Of a DNA stretch of 64,000 nucleotides, positions 1 through 15,064 are shown in pieces (positions within the stretch are counted from its first letter, which is position 1; the number at the start of each line of letters is the position of its first letter). The translations under genes were made by a program, and so were the position numbers. The stretch spans positions 18,662,001-18,726,000 of the forward strand of contig OX597821.1 of NCBI GenBank assembly GCA_951406725.2, read 5' to 3'. The stretch comes from Octopus vulgaris. Lineage: Eukaryota. Below the pieces are notes generated by a model. The model had not been told where the DNA came from. It saw only the letters and a program-made list of their open reading frames with translations, and did not search any database.

Positions 1-735
1 ATTTACACACAGACACACACACATACACACACGCACACACACACATGCACTTATGCATTTACACACAGACACACACACATACACACACACATGTATAAAA
101 AGTGAGTGGACAAAGGTAAGAAATCCAAGCCGGTAGATTACATGCAATCTAGTATAATCCAGGTTCTGATTAAGCGCATGGAATGATACAGAACAACGGG
201 GAATTGTTTAAGATAAACAATATAATGGTATTTCAACTGATGAGTACCTCCAGAGTTCGCTTCTTTAGATTTTATACAGTATACGGAATGTATATCAAAG
301 ACGTTCAAATAAAGATGGCGAATTGTACATCCATAAAGCTTATTTATTACAGCCTTACATGCAGTATCAAAAATAAAGACTAACCTCGGTCATAAACGAC
401 CGTGGGATTGTACCTAGAAAGTTCCTCTCCGATGTACAAGTCCGGGCAAAGTTGCTTATGGAAGGCCATCAGTTGCCCATGCACACCAGCCTCCCCTCTT
501 CACACCACCGATGTTATCCAAGGTAAAGGCAAAGACCGATGTAGCTTGTCAACCCGACGGTCTAATTACGGAGCCATCACCGCCACTATATACATTACAT
601 TATCTTTAAAACCCTGGCTATGTTTACCTTGGATGGAATCAATCCAACTAAAGCAATAGGTTACTATAGGATCCTAGTATATCTATGCAGTTGAAACACG
701 TTTATCAACATGTTTGCATGTATGTATATATATAT

Positions 736-950
736 GGAGGCGCAATGGCCTAGTGGTTAGGGCAGCGGACTCGCGGTCGCAGCATCGCGGTTTCGATTCT
801 CTGACCGGGCGTTGTGTGTGTTTATTGAGCGAAAACACCTAAAAAAGCTCTACGAGGCTCCGGCAGGGGGTGGTGATCCCTGCTGTACTCTTTCACCACA
901 ATGGCGGTGCCCCAGCATGGCCACAGCACAAGAGCTGAAACTGGAAAAAC
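736..950 (+). mobile_element. tRNA-derived SINE (head, body and a short tail piece)
   Basis: Follows a (TA)n run. A-box-like TGGCCTAGTGG and B-box-like GGTTTCGATTC. Ends in GGCGGTGCCCCAGCATGGCCACAG..CTGAAAC, similar to the family A SINE tail. Confidence 0.6.
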
Positions 951-1299
951 AAAAAACAAAAACATATGGTTTTGTGTTGCATTTAAGCACTCTTGCTTAC
1001 ATCGCTTGCGAGAAGCAATCACGTCCCGGCACCGCCTTAATCCGACTACCAGATCACGTGATTTCGGTCTTTCTTGGCCTAGCCAATAGTAGACACCCGA
1101 CTGCTGGAAATAGCAGCGACTGCTCCGCAAGTGATATACATAGAATCACAGTGCCTGATAAGGTGTTGCAAATGGCCAGTGGATTTATTAAAACAATTAA
1201 TAGTGACATAATGTTTTGTTTTCTAACAAAACATTCACTTTTAAGTGAGAATAAATATTAGCTTTTGGTATTAATCTGTCACTATCGATTACATACACA

Positions 1300-1405
<106 letters not shown>

Positions 1406-1603
1406 CGGACGTGCTGTCACTTCGGCTCCGAAGGTAATCGTTTATTTTGACTATTTATAGCACAATTTTTGTGTACATTTTTGTAAATAAGGTGTGTAAG
1501 GCACCCAACTTTCGTTTGAGTGCTTTTCCAAGGGGGGAATTCGCCCCTAGGGGCAGTTTCAACCCTATTTAATTTGTGTAATTTTCTTCTCGACATTTTG
1601 AAA

Positions 1604-3441
1604 ATGTCGAGAAATTGTATTGTAGAACGCTGGTCGCGTTCCTTTATCGACTAAAATTTTCCTAGTCTGGAAACGCTAGGAGAAGAAAAAAAGAACACAT
1701 ACACGCAAAGTGCAAACCTGAATGACGTGGCAGTAAACGCTGCAATCACTTGCGATAACAGCACTGTCACCACCACCACTAACAACAACAACAACGAGAC
1801 TACAACTGCTACCACCACCGCCTCCGCCACCACCACAACCGCCACCGCTACCTCATCCACTACCTCAACTACCAACAACAATAACAATGACAACAAGAAT
1901 AACAACAATTGCGCCACCATTTCGACATCTGCTGCCACGACTGTCTCTTCTGCCACTGACACCACCGCCAACACCACCAACAAAAACAACAATAACAACA
2001 ACAACAATTCCGTTCAGACCTTGTTTACTCCAACACCAAGAACTGAAGGGAATAAACAAAAGACTGTGACCACCAAACAAATTGACAAAAGCTGCTCGAA
2101 CACAGGAACAAACTATGCAAGTAATTTTCCACCCCTTCCTACTTGCACAATCAAACCAAATACACCGATTTTACCAACTGCAGCCAACAACAACATCACC
2201 ACCAGCAACAGCAATAACAAAACAACAACAAATTTCGCCGAGGCGATAAAAGAAAAAAAGACAACAGTATATTTTACTGCACAGCAGATAAAAGATACGA
2301 AAATTTTAATAACGGAAGTAGATGATATAGTAAAAATAAACATACCACAAGAAATATTAGACAATGAAAAAAAAAGAACAATTATATATAAAATAATTAA
2401 TAAGAAAACAAAAGGTCCAGAGAAGGCTAACACAAGCAACATCGAAAAATGCTTGAAACCCATCTGGAACTACAAAGAGTATGTGACCTGGTGGAACAAG
2501 TTCGCACACATACAAGTGGTCTTCCACACTGAAGAGTTAGCAAAACGTTTCTCAACGCTAACTCTTCATTCAGATGAGCTACAACTAACACCAAGCTATC
2601 GTGGACAGAAAGTGACTAAGATCACTTTAAACAATGTCCCAAAAATAGCGAACAATCTATGGCTAGTAAAGGCCTTATGTGTGGAAATGGAAGATTTCAC
2701 AATTTTAGAAACTACGGTCACGGAACACAAAAACTGGGTGGGAAAAAAAGTAGAATTTCTACTACACATAAACCAAGATGACATAAAGAAAATACCCACC
2801 CAGATATGTGTATCAGAAGACCACAAGTTGTATGTGGTCGTCGATGGCAGAAGACCACGTTGCTACATATGCGGTAGTGAGCAACATCTAAAAACAGATT
2901 GCAAATATGCCGCAAGAAAACAACAGCAACAACAACAGCAGCCGGAAAAAACAAAAAAGCCAGCTTTACTACCCACACCACCATTTGTACAAACAGGACT
3001 AATTACAGAAAATCAAAAAAAACAAACCTCACCAACCAAACAACCACATCAACTGCACCAAGAACAGAAGCAACACCAACAACAACCACCAAGAATAAAC
3101 CAACTCCCAAACCAAGGACATCTGCCAAAAAGACACTCATCGAAAATGAAGAAACAATTACTACTCCAAATCCCCACAAAATTGACACCCCAAACAACAC
3201 AACAATACCTACAATCACTCACACACAAAATACCCACACCCCACCTCCAAAACCGCATACACCACAACCTAACGCTCACCAACCAACACCAACAACAAAA
3301 TCAACACGGTCTACAATAGACCCCAATATTTTCCCTCTCCCAAGCTCTGATTCCTCTGATTTGTCATTAGACGAAGAAGACACAGAAGATTGGCAAATAG
3401 CCACAGGGGGAAGAAGAAAAAGGGGAAAGAAAATAAAATAA
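1604..3441 (+). pseudogene. Tx1 ORF1 (gag-like nucleic-acid binding protein), disrupted
   Basis: ATG at 1604 is in frame with ORF 1727..3319 but has a TAA at 1652. Contains a Thr/Asn low-complexity N-terminus and the knuckle CYICGSEQHLKTDC. A probable frameshift in the A-run near 3015 leads into the acidic/basic segment DEEDTEDWQIATGGRRKRGKK; the original ORF may have extended towards 3880. Confidence 0.8.
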
Positions 3442-3883
3442 AAAATAAACAAAGCAGGAAGATTCACCACTCCCGAAACAAAAACATCCACAGAAAACAA
3501 ACACATCATCACAATCACACCATCATCAAACCCCCCAACAATGTTGACAGCCATAAACACAAACAACCACGACCTAATGGAACACATTAGGTCAAACACC
3601 AACATAACTGAAAACGACATAAAAACAAATAACGCACAACACCACCACAACACATCAAAATAATACACGTAACACAGAACACATACAGCACCATGAAATC
3701 TCTTTACCCTGATGCAGTAGGGAGATTTCAAAAATATTCATCAAAGAAACTATATAAAAACCTCATGGAAGAAGACTGTGAGGTGAAAAACAAAGGACTT
3801 TCGGACAACAAGCAACCTTTTCTCTCTCTCTTTCCTTTTTTGCACTTTCTTTTCGTGTGTAAAACACAATTTTTTATCGGAAC

Positions 3884-6800
3884 ATGCTCAGAATAGGCAG
3901 TATAAATGTACGTGGCTTGGGGTCGCCTTGCAAACAAGGCTACCTGTTAACTGACATCAAGTCACTAAATCTGAATATCATAGCCGTCAGTGAGACCAGA
4001 CTCCACAGCTCGCGGGTACTCCAGCACAGTTTCGGTACACATTTCAACATTTATTTTTCTCCGTGTCTACCGAGAATGGGCGGAGGTGGCACCGCGGTGC
4101 TTCTCCGGAAGAGTCTGGATCTCAAAGTAAGAGCAATTTTCCTAGACCCGGAGGGTAGTCTGGTCGTTTTGGATGTCGATGTCAATTAGTGTGCTTTTCG
4201 ACTGATAACAGTTTATGCTCCGTCCTTAACAGGCCGACCAAATTTCTTTCGACGTCTAGAGTCTTTCATGGGAACGTCTCGTCCTTTACTTTTAGTGGGG
4301 GATTGGAATGCCACCCTGAACACGCATCTAGACTACGTGTGCAGAGATAGCAATAGAAGGGGATGCAAATGCCTGAAAGACCTGCTCAGACGTTTCCAAC
4401 TGTCTGACAGGTACCGACTGGACCACCCGAATGTGCCAATGTGGACATGGAGTAACCGCATCGGGTCGTCCAGATCATACTTAGATAGAGTATTCTGTAG
4501 GACAATAGATAAAAATAGTGTAGGTTGTCCACAATTTCATATAGTCAGTTACACAGATCACAAGTTTGTGACTTGTACACTTGACTTAGATAAGACACAT
4601 AGGCAGGGTCCTGGTTACTGGAAACTGAACGCGTCTTTTACAGCACGACAGGTTTACAGGGACCGGATCAGCACATTAGTTAAGAGAGCTTTGACGGGTA
4701 CTATCATCAACAACAGATGGTGGTATGCCCTAAAAAAAGCAATTAAAGCAGAATCAGTCAGATACAGTAAAGCCCTAGCATTAGACCGAAATAGAATAGA
4801 GGGAGAATTAGTTAAGGTTTTAGAAGAGGCACTTAGAACTGGCATCGCGTCCAACGTGCTGGCGGCGAGATTGGCCCTCGACCAACACCTCAACGTCAAA
4901 CACGAGGGATGCGTTGTCAGAGCTAGGATGCGTGCTCTGAGGAACGAAGGAGTTGGAGCCGAACAAGAGGCCCGAGTGGTGGGGACGCAACGAGGCAACA
5001 GAGCCACCATCAAGTCTCTTATAGATGAACAGGGGCGCGAATTGCTCGAGCCTAAAAGGATGTGTGGGGCTTTTCAACAACACTTCACCCAACTGTTTGG
5101 GACAAGTGGTGGGTCAGAACGCAGAGTGGACTTTAGTGCCTACCTGCATGCCTTGCCACAACTCTCAGCAAGAGAGGTGGAGTCTTGTGAAAGGCCTATC
5201 ATAGCTGCGGACGTACAGGATGCGATGGGGGGCTGAGCGAGAGACAAGTCACCAGGCTTGGGTGGTCAGCCCTACGAACTTTATTGTCATATGCCAGACT
5301 TGTTTGGAGGCGTCTTGGCAGCTGTCTACTGCAACTGGCAGCAAAACGGGAGTATTCCTGCTTTTGTAAAGCGAGGAGCAGTGGCACTGATTAAGAAAGA
5401 CCCAAACAAGGGGGACGTCATAGATAATTTCAGGCCCATCACTCTGCTCAACGCAGATTTGAAAATTTTGGCCAAGGTGTTAGCCGAGAGGTTGGCGCTT
5501 GTCATCAAGAAACTAATCGACAAGGCGCAAACATGCGCCGTGCCGGGTAAAAGTATTCATGACCACCTCCATCTGATGCGCTACATCATAGACAGGGTAG
5601 TTAAGAATCCTGGCATGGGTGGGGCGCTGATCAATTTGGATCAATCAAAAGCTTTCGATAGGGTAGACCATCACTACTTGGAGGCTGTCCTTAAAGCGGC
5701 TGGTTTCGGTCCAGTTTTCCGCGGTTGGATCGCTGCCTTATACAGCGGCATCCGCTCAGTAGTTCGCGTAAATGGTCATCTATCCAGACCTTTTAACATC
5801 ATGCGTTCGGTTCGTCAGGGATGCCCCCTCTCATCGCTGCTGTATGTATTGACTCTTGAGCCACTACTGCGGAAACTGGCGACGCTGAGGGGCATCCCAC
5901 GAGAGCTGGGATGCGGGAGGAGCGTGTCTGCATACACGGATGACGTCACCGTCATAGTGTCGAGCTACCAGCACATCGAGCTGGTTGGCGAGATACTAAA
6001 AGAATACGAAGCGGTAACGGGAGCAAAAATTAACCGGGAAAAGTCAGTGGGCTTGCGGCTCGGCACCTGGAGAAGCAGGCCCATGGCGTCCAACAGCGTC
6101 TCCATCGTGGGACGCTGGATGGACGGACCGGTTAAATTGCTCGGGGTCTTGTTCGGTCCGGACCTCCAAATGGAGAAGAACTGGGGCGAGATAACGACTA
6201 GGGTGGCTACTCTCACCCAGAAATGGGCTGAGAGAAAGCTATCCCTAAAAGGTCGGGCGGAGGTGGCGAACGCGTACATCGCATCCGTCATCGAGTATCG
6301 TCTGACCGTCGTGCCTTGTCCCGACCCTACCATCACCAAACTGGAACGTATTCTCTTCCGCTTCCTGTGGAAGGAAAACGTTCCGATGGTTAGGCGATCC
6401 ATTTGCTGTCAACATCCGCTAAATGGAGGGCTGGGCATGCCGTGGTTGATGATGCGCAGACATACGCTGAGGCTGCGACATCTCCGGCGCTTCATAGACG
6501 ACGGTGAACAGGTGTGGTCGCCTTTTGTGCGGCGCGCTTTCCTGCAGCTCGTCTCCTTGGACGAACTACAGTCATGGATCAAGCAGAGACCGAGGCTAGG
6601 CGAATGGCACCGCGAGTGTCGCGTTGCTCTCAAGCAACTCTGCCGTCCTGGGTCGAACTTGTGCGACTCCATCACAACAAAGGCATTCTATAGAGGATTA
6701 GTGGAGGGGAGGTGCGACGACGAACTCGGGCAGAGTCTGGGCGTCGACGAGGAACACCTGACCCGCCTGTTCAGGACAACTTTCGGGCCGGGACCTATGA

Positions 6801-7317
6801 ACAATCACCAAAGATCCCTGGCCTGGCAGTGCTATCGAGAAGCATTGCCTGTTCGGGATAAGCTCTACAGACACGGTTCCAGACACACTGGACCGACTTG
6901 CCCGAGATGCGGTCAGAGCGACGAAACCGTTCTGCACGCACTCGTGCAATGTCCAACCATTTCAGACCTATGGGCTTATGCCGAACGGCTGCTGTCACGT
7001 GTGGGACGAATCCGCCTATCGGCCGAGTCTATCGTGAGAATTGCTCCGCCCCCTTCCCTCAACCGGGAAGATAAGGCAGTTTTCATCGTACTGGTGGCCA
7101 TGGTGAAAGAATGTGTGTGGTGGACCCGAGCGAAAGGATTAGAGACAAACACTTACCTCTCTGGCCAATCGCTCATAAACTTTTTCAAGTACCACTTGAA
7201 AAGGAAGGTGAGAATGGAGAGGGAAGTTTTGTCTCGCGAAAGATTAAAAAAAGATGGGTGAATGTTGCAAAGATGGTGCGTGCGAGTGACGAAACCATTT
7301 TGAGCATGACCCTGTAA
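3884..7317 (+). pseudogene. Tx1 ORF2 (APE endonuclease + reverse transcriptase + zinc finger), two in-frame stops and a terminal frameshift
   Basis: ORFs 3884, 4268 and 5258 share one frame. APE motifs: INVRGL, SET, GDWN, SYLDR, TDH. RT motifs: NFRPITLLNADLKI, LDQSKAFDRV, VRQGCPLS, YTDD. Zinc finger: CPRC..ETVLHALVQC. Stops at 4187 and 5234; frameshift in the A-run near 7246. Confidence 0.93.
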
Positions 7318-7593
7318 ATCGTAAAAAAGAAAGAAAGAGAGCATTTTGCTCTCATGTGGTTATTTCCTCCCTGACTGAGGTTCCCGTGGTCTTTTCTGTA
7401 GGCTTTTCTTCCCACGGATGAACCCAATCTTGTTTTATCAATGTTTTTATCAATGTTTCTGTGATACACGATTTCTTTCCTTTTTTTCCCTCTCGATCCC
7501 TTTTGATCGCACTCTTACATTTATTTCCTTTTTTCCACCCTCGAAAAGAAAAGCTCTACATTTGTATTTGTCCCTTCTGTATTCAGCCCTCTG

Positions 7594-7682
<89 letters not shown>

Positions 7683-7683
7683 G

Positions 7684-7710
<27 letters not shown>
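7594..7710 (+). repeat. (TCTA)n microsatellite, 3' flank of Tx1 copy 1
   Basis: Tetranucleotide array directly after the element 3' UTR. Confidence 0.97.
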
Positions 7711-7714
<4 letters not shown>

Positions 7715-7733
7715 ACAGACGCACACGTATATA

Positions 7734-7776
<43 letters not shown>

Positions 7777-7802
7777 TATATATATATAATATATAATAAA
7801 AA

Positions 7803-7959
7803 TGTGGCAGTGTGGTAAGTAGCTTGCTTACCAACCACATGGTTCCGGGTTCAGTCCCACTGCGTGGCACCTTGGGCAAGTGTCTTCTACTATAGCCTCG
7901 GGCCGACCAAAGCCTTGTGAGTGGATTTGGTTGATGGAAACTGAAAGAAGCCCGTCGTA

Positions 7960-8013
<54 letters not shown>

Positions 8014-8238
8014 TGTGTGTGTTTGTGTGTCTGTGTTTGTTCCCCTAGCATTGCTTGACAACCGATGCTGGTGTGTTTATGTCCCCGTTTAACTAGCGGT
8101 TCGGCAAAAAAGAGACCGACAGAATAAGTACTGGGCTTACAAAAGAATAAGTCCCGGGGTCGAGTTGCTCGACTAAAAAGCGGTGCTCCAGCATGGCCGC
8201 AGTCAAATGACCGAAACAAGTAAAAGAGTAAAAGAGTA
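7803..8238 (+). mobile_element. tRNA-derived SINE family A (abundant)
   Basis: Head TGGC.GTGTGGTAAG...GGTTCAGTCCC, internal (TA)n/(TG)n, tail CTGAAACAAGTAAAAGAGTAAAAGAG. Many near-identical copies in the window. Confidence 0.85.
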
Positions 8239-9154
8239 TATGTAAATCAGTATCATATTAATCTACCTAGCTCTCCGTCACATCTGATATTCTCTCTCAC
8301 TTTTTCCATTATGAAAATCAATAGAATCGATTGTTTAACAGTCAAAACATCACGTGATGAAATAATATTTTAATTACAGTATTTTTATTAATAAAATATT
8401 CATAAAACTGTTTATAAATATATTACATCCGATCTGATGGAATTCTTATTTCTGTCATATATTTTCTTCGCTTCTCTTTTCACTTCCTATCACTTACTTT
8501 AATCTATGTCATATGAATTTCATTCTATTCAGTTATATTACGTATTAAATACACTTTACAGGTTTTCGTTTTATTTCAGTATATATATTAGTTATATTGC
8601 ATATCAATATATTTTAATTGGTTTTATAATGCATACATACATACATACACATGGCATATATTGTATGTTCATTTATATTTTACTTTCTTTGCTACACCAT
8701 AAAACACTTTTTGATAGTATAATTGTCTTAATAATTAGTAAAATATTCCTTTATCAAATATCTATGTTTTATTTGCAGTGTAATCGTTTAAAATTTTATT
8801 TGGACGTTTCAGAAATATAAGCTATAAAATGCAATTGAGTGTTATCTATAAAACTAACAGTAATTATAAAGTATTTATATTCTTGAAAACATTTTAATGA
8901 TAATATTGATATCGTCGAAAATGATGATGATGATGATGATGATGATGATAACAGCAACAACAACGATAATAGCAAAACTAACAATAATAAGTAAGCCCAC
9001 GCTCTTAAAGATTAATAATGTTCAAGAACCAGATCCATCATTTTGAACATTTCAGTTTCGTATCATATTTCATTGTTTCTGTCCAAGTTTCTGTACAGAT
9101 ACACAGCAACATAAACATAAGTAAACACCCCCACCACTCTGAAAACACGCACGC

Positions 9155-9247
<93 letters not shown>

Positions 9248-9639
9248 TACATTATTTATTTGAAGCTAAAATTTCTCTAGTCGCAACATTGAATTTCACG
9301 TCTCGGTTCCTCGGGTGGTGAAGTAAAGCTTCTATATTTATGCACAAAGTAAAAAAGAAAGAAAAACTCATTGAAAATAATCATGTTAAAGAAATGTTAA
9401 AGAAGTAGGTAAACAATTGAAAGGCATTCGATTGATTGGTAGCGTTTAGGAGTATTATACACGGTGATAGGTTGTTTATACATCAACCATTTTGGAATAT
9501 TTTATCAATTTAGTTTTATGACTAAAGACGTATAGTTTACAATGAGTATTAAGATACGGACAATTTAGAATAATATGCAAAACTCTTCAGAAATGCAAAA
9601 ATAAATAATAGTTACTCAGTTAGCATAATCTATAAGTTC

Positions 9640-10833
9640 ACTTACTTCTATAATGCTTGATCTAGCTGAAATTTTGCGTGTGCAATCATTTGTATCTCTA
9701 TAGATTAAGTAGAAAATTACAGCTCTGAACTAATTGTGGTTTCTGATTTACAGGTGTTTGAACTGAGTCAAGTGTGAAATGGAGCCTGTTGAGTGTCGAG
9801 TAGTGAACCGGGTTTTTGTATTTGAAAGGACGCACATCACGGGAGACTTTTGATGAAATGAAAGTAACTTATGGTGATGATGCCCCATCATATGACCCAT
9901 TGTGAATTCAAACATGGTCGGAACTCTGTGGAAACAGCTCCCAGATCTGGTCGCCCCCCTTTTGCCATTGATGAGGCATCTGTCCGTCAAGTTGAGGCTG
10001 CCATTTTGGACGATCGACGCATAACTATTCGCTAAATAGCCCGTGAGGCCAAGATTAGTACCGGGTCTGTGGAAACTATCATTCATGACCATTTGCATAT
10101 GCAAAAGGTGTCTGCCAGATGGATTCCCAGGTTGCTCACACCTTTCCAGAAGCAAGAACGCGTCGAGTGCTCGAGGATGAATTTGGAGATGTGCCAAGAA
10201 GATGAGTCAAAATTTTTCAAAAGACTGATTACACAGGATGAAACCTGGGTCCATCACTATGATCCAGAGACCAAAGCCCAGTCAATGCAGTGGAAGCACC
10301 GTGACTCACCTCCTCCAAAGAAGGCAAGGGTGCAGCCCTCATGCTCACAGTCTTCTGGGACCAGGACGGAGTAGTGATGACAGATTTCCTGGCAAAGGGC
10401 ACCACAATTACAGGAGCCTATTATGCTTCACTTTTGAGGAAATTAAGAGAAGCTATCAAAATCAAGTGGCGGGGAAAGCTCAGCAAAGGCATCCTCCTCC
10501 TGCAGGACAACGCGGCTACGAACTCCTCCCCCATCCCCCTACTCTCCTGACCTTGCACCCTCTGATTTTCACCTCTTCCCAGCCATGAAGCTGTTTTTGA
10601 AAGGAAAGCGTTTCCCAGATGATGCAGCCTTGATTTCTGAAGTCACGCCGTGGTTGGAGGACCAAGCTGGGGTCTTCTACAAAAACGGTCTCCAGAGTTG
10701 CATCAAACGATGAGAGAAATGCGTTACTCTGGGTGGTTCCTATATAGAAAAAGACTAATAACTGTGCCCAGTTTCGTTGCTCTATTGCTATGGGAAGTGG
10801 GTCAGGGGCATTACTTATTGAATGCCCGTCGTA
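9640..10833 (+). mobile_element. Decayed mariner transposon (D,D34D type)
   Basis: Frameshifted transposase from ATG 9779 with HTH, WIPRLL, ITQDETWVHHYDPE, LLQDNA (followed by a deletion) and PYSPDLAPSDFHLF-like motifs. Right end ..TTATTGAATGCCCGTCGTA; left TIR not recognisable. Confidence 0.88.
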
Positions 10834-11630
10834 AATATAGTTAGTGTAAGCATTTTAGATAGGAACATCCTTAAAATTGATAAAATAACTATCCGTATTT
10901 CATAACAATAAACCCATTTCAGAAAAATTACATTAATTATTTTTTTATATGTTAACTCAGTTAAATATGGAACTGTACCATTCGATAATTAAATAAATCT
11001 CTACATTTTGCGACGAATCATGTCAATCAGTAACTCCGAAGCTAAAATGATTATGCACTAAAAAGATAGTCATTTTCATAAGGTTGACGCTAATTGTTTT
11101 AATATAAGATGAATAGTTTAGATTCTGTTGAAGTAAGTGAACTTATAGGTTTCCACATTTTGCATTTATTGCGTAACAAATTTAATAATTCACAATTTGA
11201 AATGTATATATATAAAAAAAAAACTTCTCATTGCCATACAATGAATGTGTAATAGTTACATAATTTTAGAAAAAAAATCTCAAAGCTATTGAAAGAATTA
11301 GATGTAAAGGTTACAAGTTATACAAACTTGTATATTGTTATTTTTTCTTAGGCGTTACAACATATCGAGAATCCAATGAATATCTATTTAGGAAATTAAA
11401 TTTGAAATAAAAATACAGAAATATTGGTTTTAATCCATCTCCTATTTCTAAAAATGATTTGCTTAAAATTATTAGCATATGCATATCCATAATTTCATTT
11501 AATAATTTCATCATTGCCCACGAATAAGAAAAGAGGAACTCAGAATCGTGCTTTATGAAGTTTCATCTTCAAATGAATATCTTGCTCTATTTTGTATTAT
11601 GGAGTACTCTTTTCTGAGGTATGTATTTCT

Positions 11631-11734
<104 letters not shown>

Positions 11735-11803
11735 CATACATACATACATACATACATACATACATACATACATACATACACACACACACATACACACACA
11801 CAT

Positions 11804-11965
11804 ATAAGGTGCAGTGAATAAACTGTCATCTAAATTACGCAAAACTGAAAATAACACTGACATCTCATTGAAATACTAAAGAGTAAATTCATTCAATAAA
11901 ATCGCCATTGACTTCAACCACAGCCTCCAGACGACTTCGGAATCTCCTGCAACTCTTCTGGACGT
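11804..11965 (-). mobile_element. 3' end fragment of a Tc1/mariner-superfamily transposon
   Basis: Minus strand reads VQKSCRRFRSRLEAVVEVNGDFIE*, a typical Tc1/maT C-terminus, followed by a TIR-like end. Confidence 0.6.
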
Positions 11966-12666
11966 AGTGTTCAATTCTAATGTTCAACTTAATACTTTTA
12001 CAACGTTTTTGCACCAGTGCATTCATCTCCACTAGCTGGCCTCTTTTTAATGAGATAAAAGTAATGGGCTATACCATACATACAAGCTGTTAAAATCACC
12101 AGTTGCTGTGGTAGAAAACAAATGATAAAACAATAGAATACAAGCCAAGCCTTGATGTTCAGTGTTGGTAAAATATCAGTGTTGGTCTTATATCAGACAC
12201 AGAAATATAAATGAAATAACGATCTGGATGCAAGAATGGAGAGGAAGTATTTTATGATTGAAATTTGTAACAGGGTTCAGGTCAGTTGAATTAGTGCATT
12301 CCCAAATAAGTTAAGAAGGTATCGAGATGGAAGCAGCTTGAAAAATATGATGGTAGCAGTAAAAAAATAGAAGGCCTGTTGAATTGGTGCACGCAAAAGC
12401 GAGATGGAATATTCGAAGAGAACATGCAGGCGCAGACGAAGTTGGAAAAAGACACTCACTGCCAACAAAAAAACACGAACCGTGATTTTCAAATGATTAA
12501 AAATTTTTGAAATGATTACTGTCTACCCAAGTGTCCATTATGGTGAAATTATAGGCTGTGTCATGTAAATGGTCTTACGTAACGAATTGTTACCAGTGTA
12601 ACCGTAACCAGTGTTTTGTCATGTAGGGCATACATCGATTTTTACCTACTGAATATTTTTCTTCTT

Positions 12667-12725
<59 letters not shown>

Positions 12726-12865
12726 GCTACTGCTACGACGACGACTACGATAATTATATTTTTTCTGTTAACGGTCTTAAAATCTAGAATGTTCTATGTC
12801 AGATTTGAACTTTCAACCTTTCAAGTTCAGATTCCGTCTAATACGATATGTTATGCTAAGTTCTA

Positions 12866-13002
<137 letters not shown>

Positions 13003-13224
13003 CTCACACACACAGACAGACGCGCGCTCACAAACATATACACATACAAACACATACACGCCAGCACTCATATATGTATATATGCATAATTATATACACA
13101 GACATACACACGAACTCATATAGATATATGAGCTATTTTCGGACTTTCTTATCGTCTAATCTTTTATATATACACACACATATATATAAACGTACGTATG
13201 TATATATATTCATATATATATATA

Positions 13225-13286
<62 letters not shown>

Positions 13287-13520
13287 TATATATATACATA
13301 CATACATATAATGCTACGTACTTTTTATAGACAACACAGGCACACACGCACACATATGTATATATATCTATGTATACACATATATACACATACATATATT
13401 AATATGCGCATATGTATTGATGTATGGACAAAATAGATAGGTTGGCAAATTTAGGGCAGTGTTATCGTCTTATCTTTTCTATAGACTCTCAACTCTCAAC
13501 TATATATATGTATATATAAA

Positions 13521-13584
<64 letters not shown>

Positions 13585-14007
13585 TAGATAGATATAGAGA
13601 AACATACATACGTACATACATATGTATATATATATTTATACACACATACATGTACATACACATGCAGACACACTTATATAAACATACATATGAATATTCA
13701 TACATATTTACGCATATATTTTAATATACATTGACATACCTATAACTTTATAACATAAACTTAGTCACACTAAACGAATCTCCCATATGTGTAGATATAT
13801 GCTGCGGTGTGTATATATATTGACATATATCGACAAAATTAACGCAGAATCGATCATATATCGATTAGGTTGGGGCATTAGGAATTTAATAACTACTGAA
13901 ATAGTTATATTGAGTGATATATACATAAAATGTATTTATATACACTGTCCTCTATAGATGTAAGTACAGCATTTATGTGTATGTGAACGCGCGTTTGTGG
14001 GCAATGT

Positions 14008-14046
<39 letters not shown>

Positions 14047-14217
14047 TTTCTGGCGTTGGTGTCAGTGCCTGTATTCGTAAGTATGTGTTTCTACCTATTA
14101 ATAGAGAAATACACACTTTATGAATATACGATTCATAAACATATATGAATGTATAATAGTGTATAAATATATGCATATGCATGTGTATTTGTGCATATAT
14201 ATCGATATATACGTTTG

Positions 14218-14249
<32 letters not shown>

Positions 14250-14610
14250 TATGGATATATGGACACTGAAGTGGACATATGAGGAAGTATATTATACTGA
14301 TAATAGGGTTATATAATATAATTTATCGGGAGCCGAACATTCACAACTTCTTACTGTTTTTTCTTGTATACAAACTTTCAATGATTACTCACGCACACAA
14401 ATTACCATACGCACATACACACGCACACACACACACGCGCCCGCGCGCCCGCATACACATATACTTTCCACATACATTCTTGCTCACTCGCCCATATAAT
14501 ACATACATATACATATACATACATATATATATATATATATATGCATACATACATAAATACAGAGAAGTATACATATGTAGATATACATATATACATATGC
14601 ATACATGGAT

Positions 14611-14667
<57 letters not shown>

Positions 14668-14961
14668 GAAATGAGGTAATCAGAAGATCGGATGGTTCAT
14701 ATTTATAGATATTTATTTATATATTACATTTTTTACATATATATATCATATCATTCAGATCATATCATTCAGATTATTAGCACTTTCTCCCATTCTAGTG
14801 GGGTTTTCAAAGTTAATCCAAACAAGAAAACAAAAAACAACAACGCAAAGAGCCTCTTTCATCTTCCCTTGGTGTACCTCTTCTTATTTACTAAAGGCAC
14901 TCTAAGGCTTTTGTAATACTGTTGTAATACGATAGCATAAGCTTACGTGTACTTCTCATAC

Positions 14962-15064
<103 letters not shown>

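Larger units (their letters stand above)
1406..7593 (+). mobile_element. Near full-length Tx1-like (L1 clade) non-LTR retrotransposon, copy 1, inserted in (TCTA)n
   Basis: 5' UTR, ORF1 with CCHC knuckle, ORF2 with APE endonuclease, RT and C-terminal zinc finger, then a T-rich 3' UTR. Both ends abut (TCTA)n. Confidence 0.93.

Noticed and set aside
736-810. Functional tRNA gene (also considered for other SINE heads)
   Set aside because: The cloverleaf is incomplete and runs into SINE body sequence.
4654-6998. Antisense ORFs within Tx1 (and within CR1 and copy 3)
   Set aside because: Shadow frames of GC-richer coding sequence without recognisable domains.
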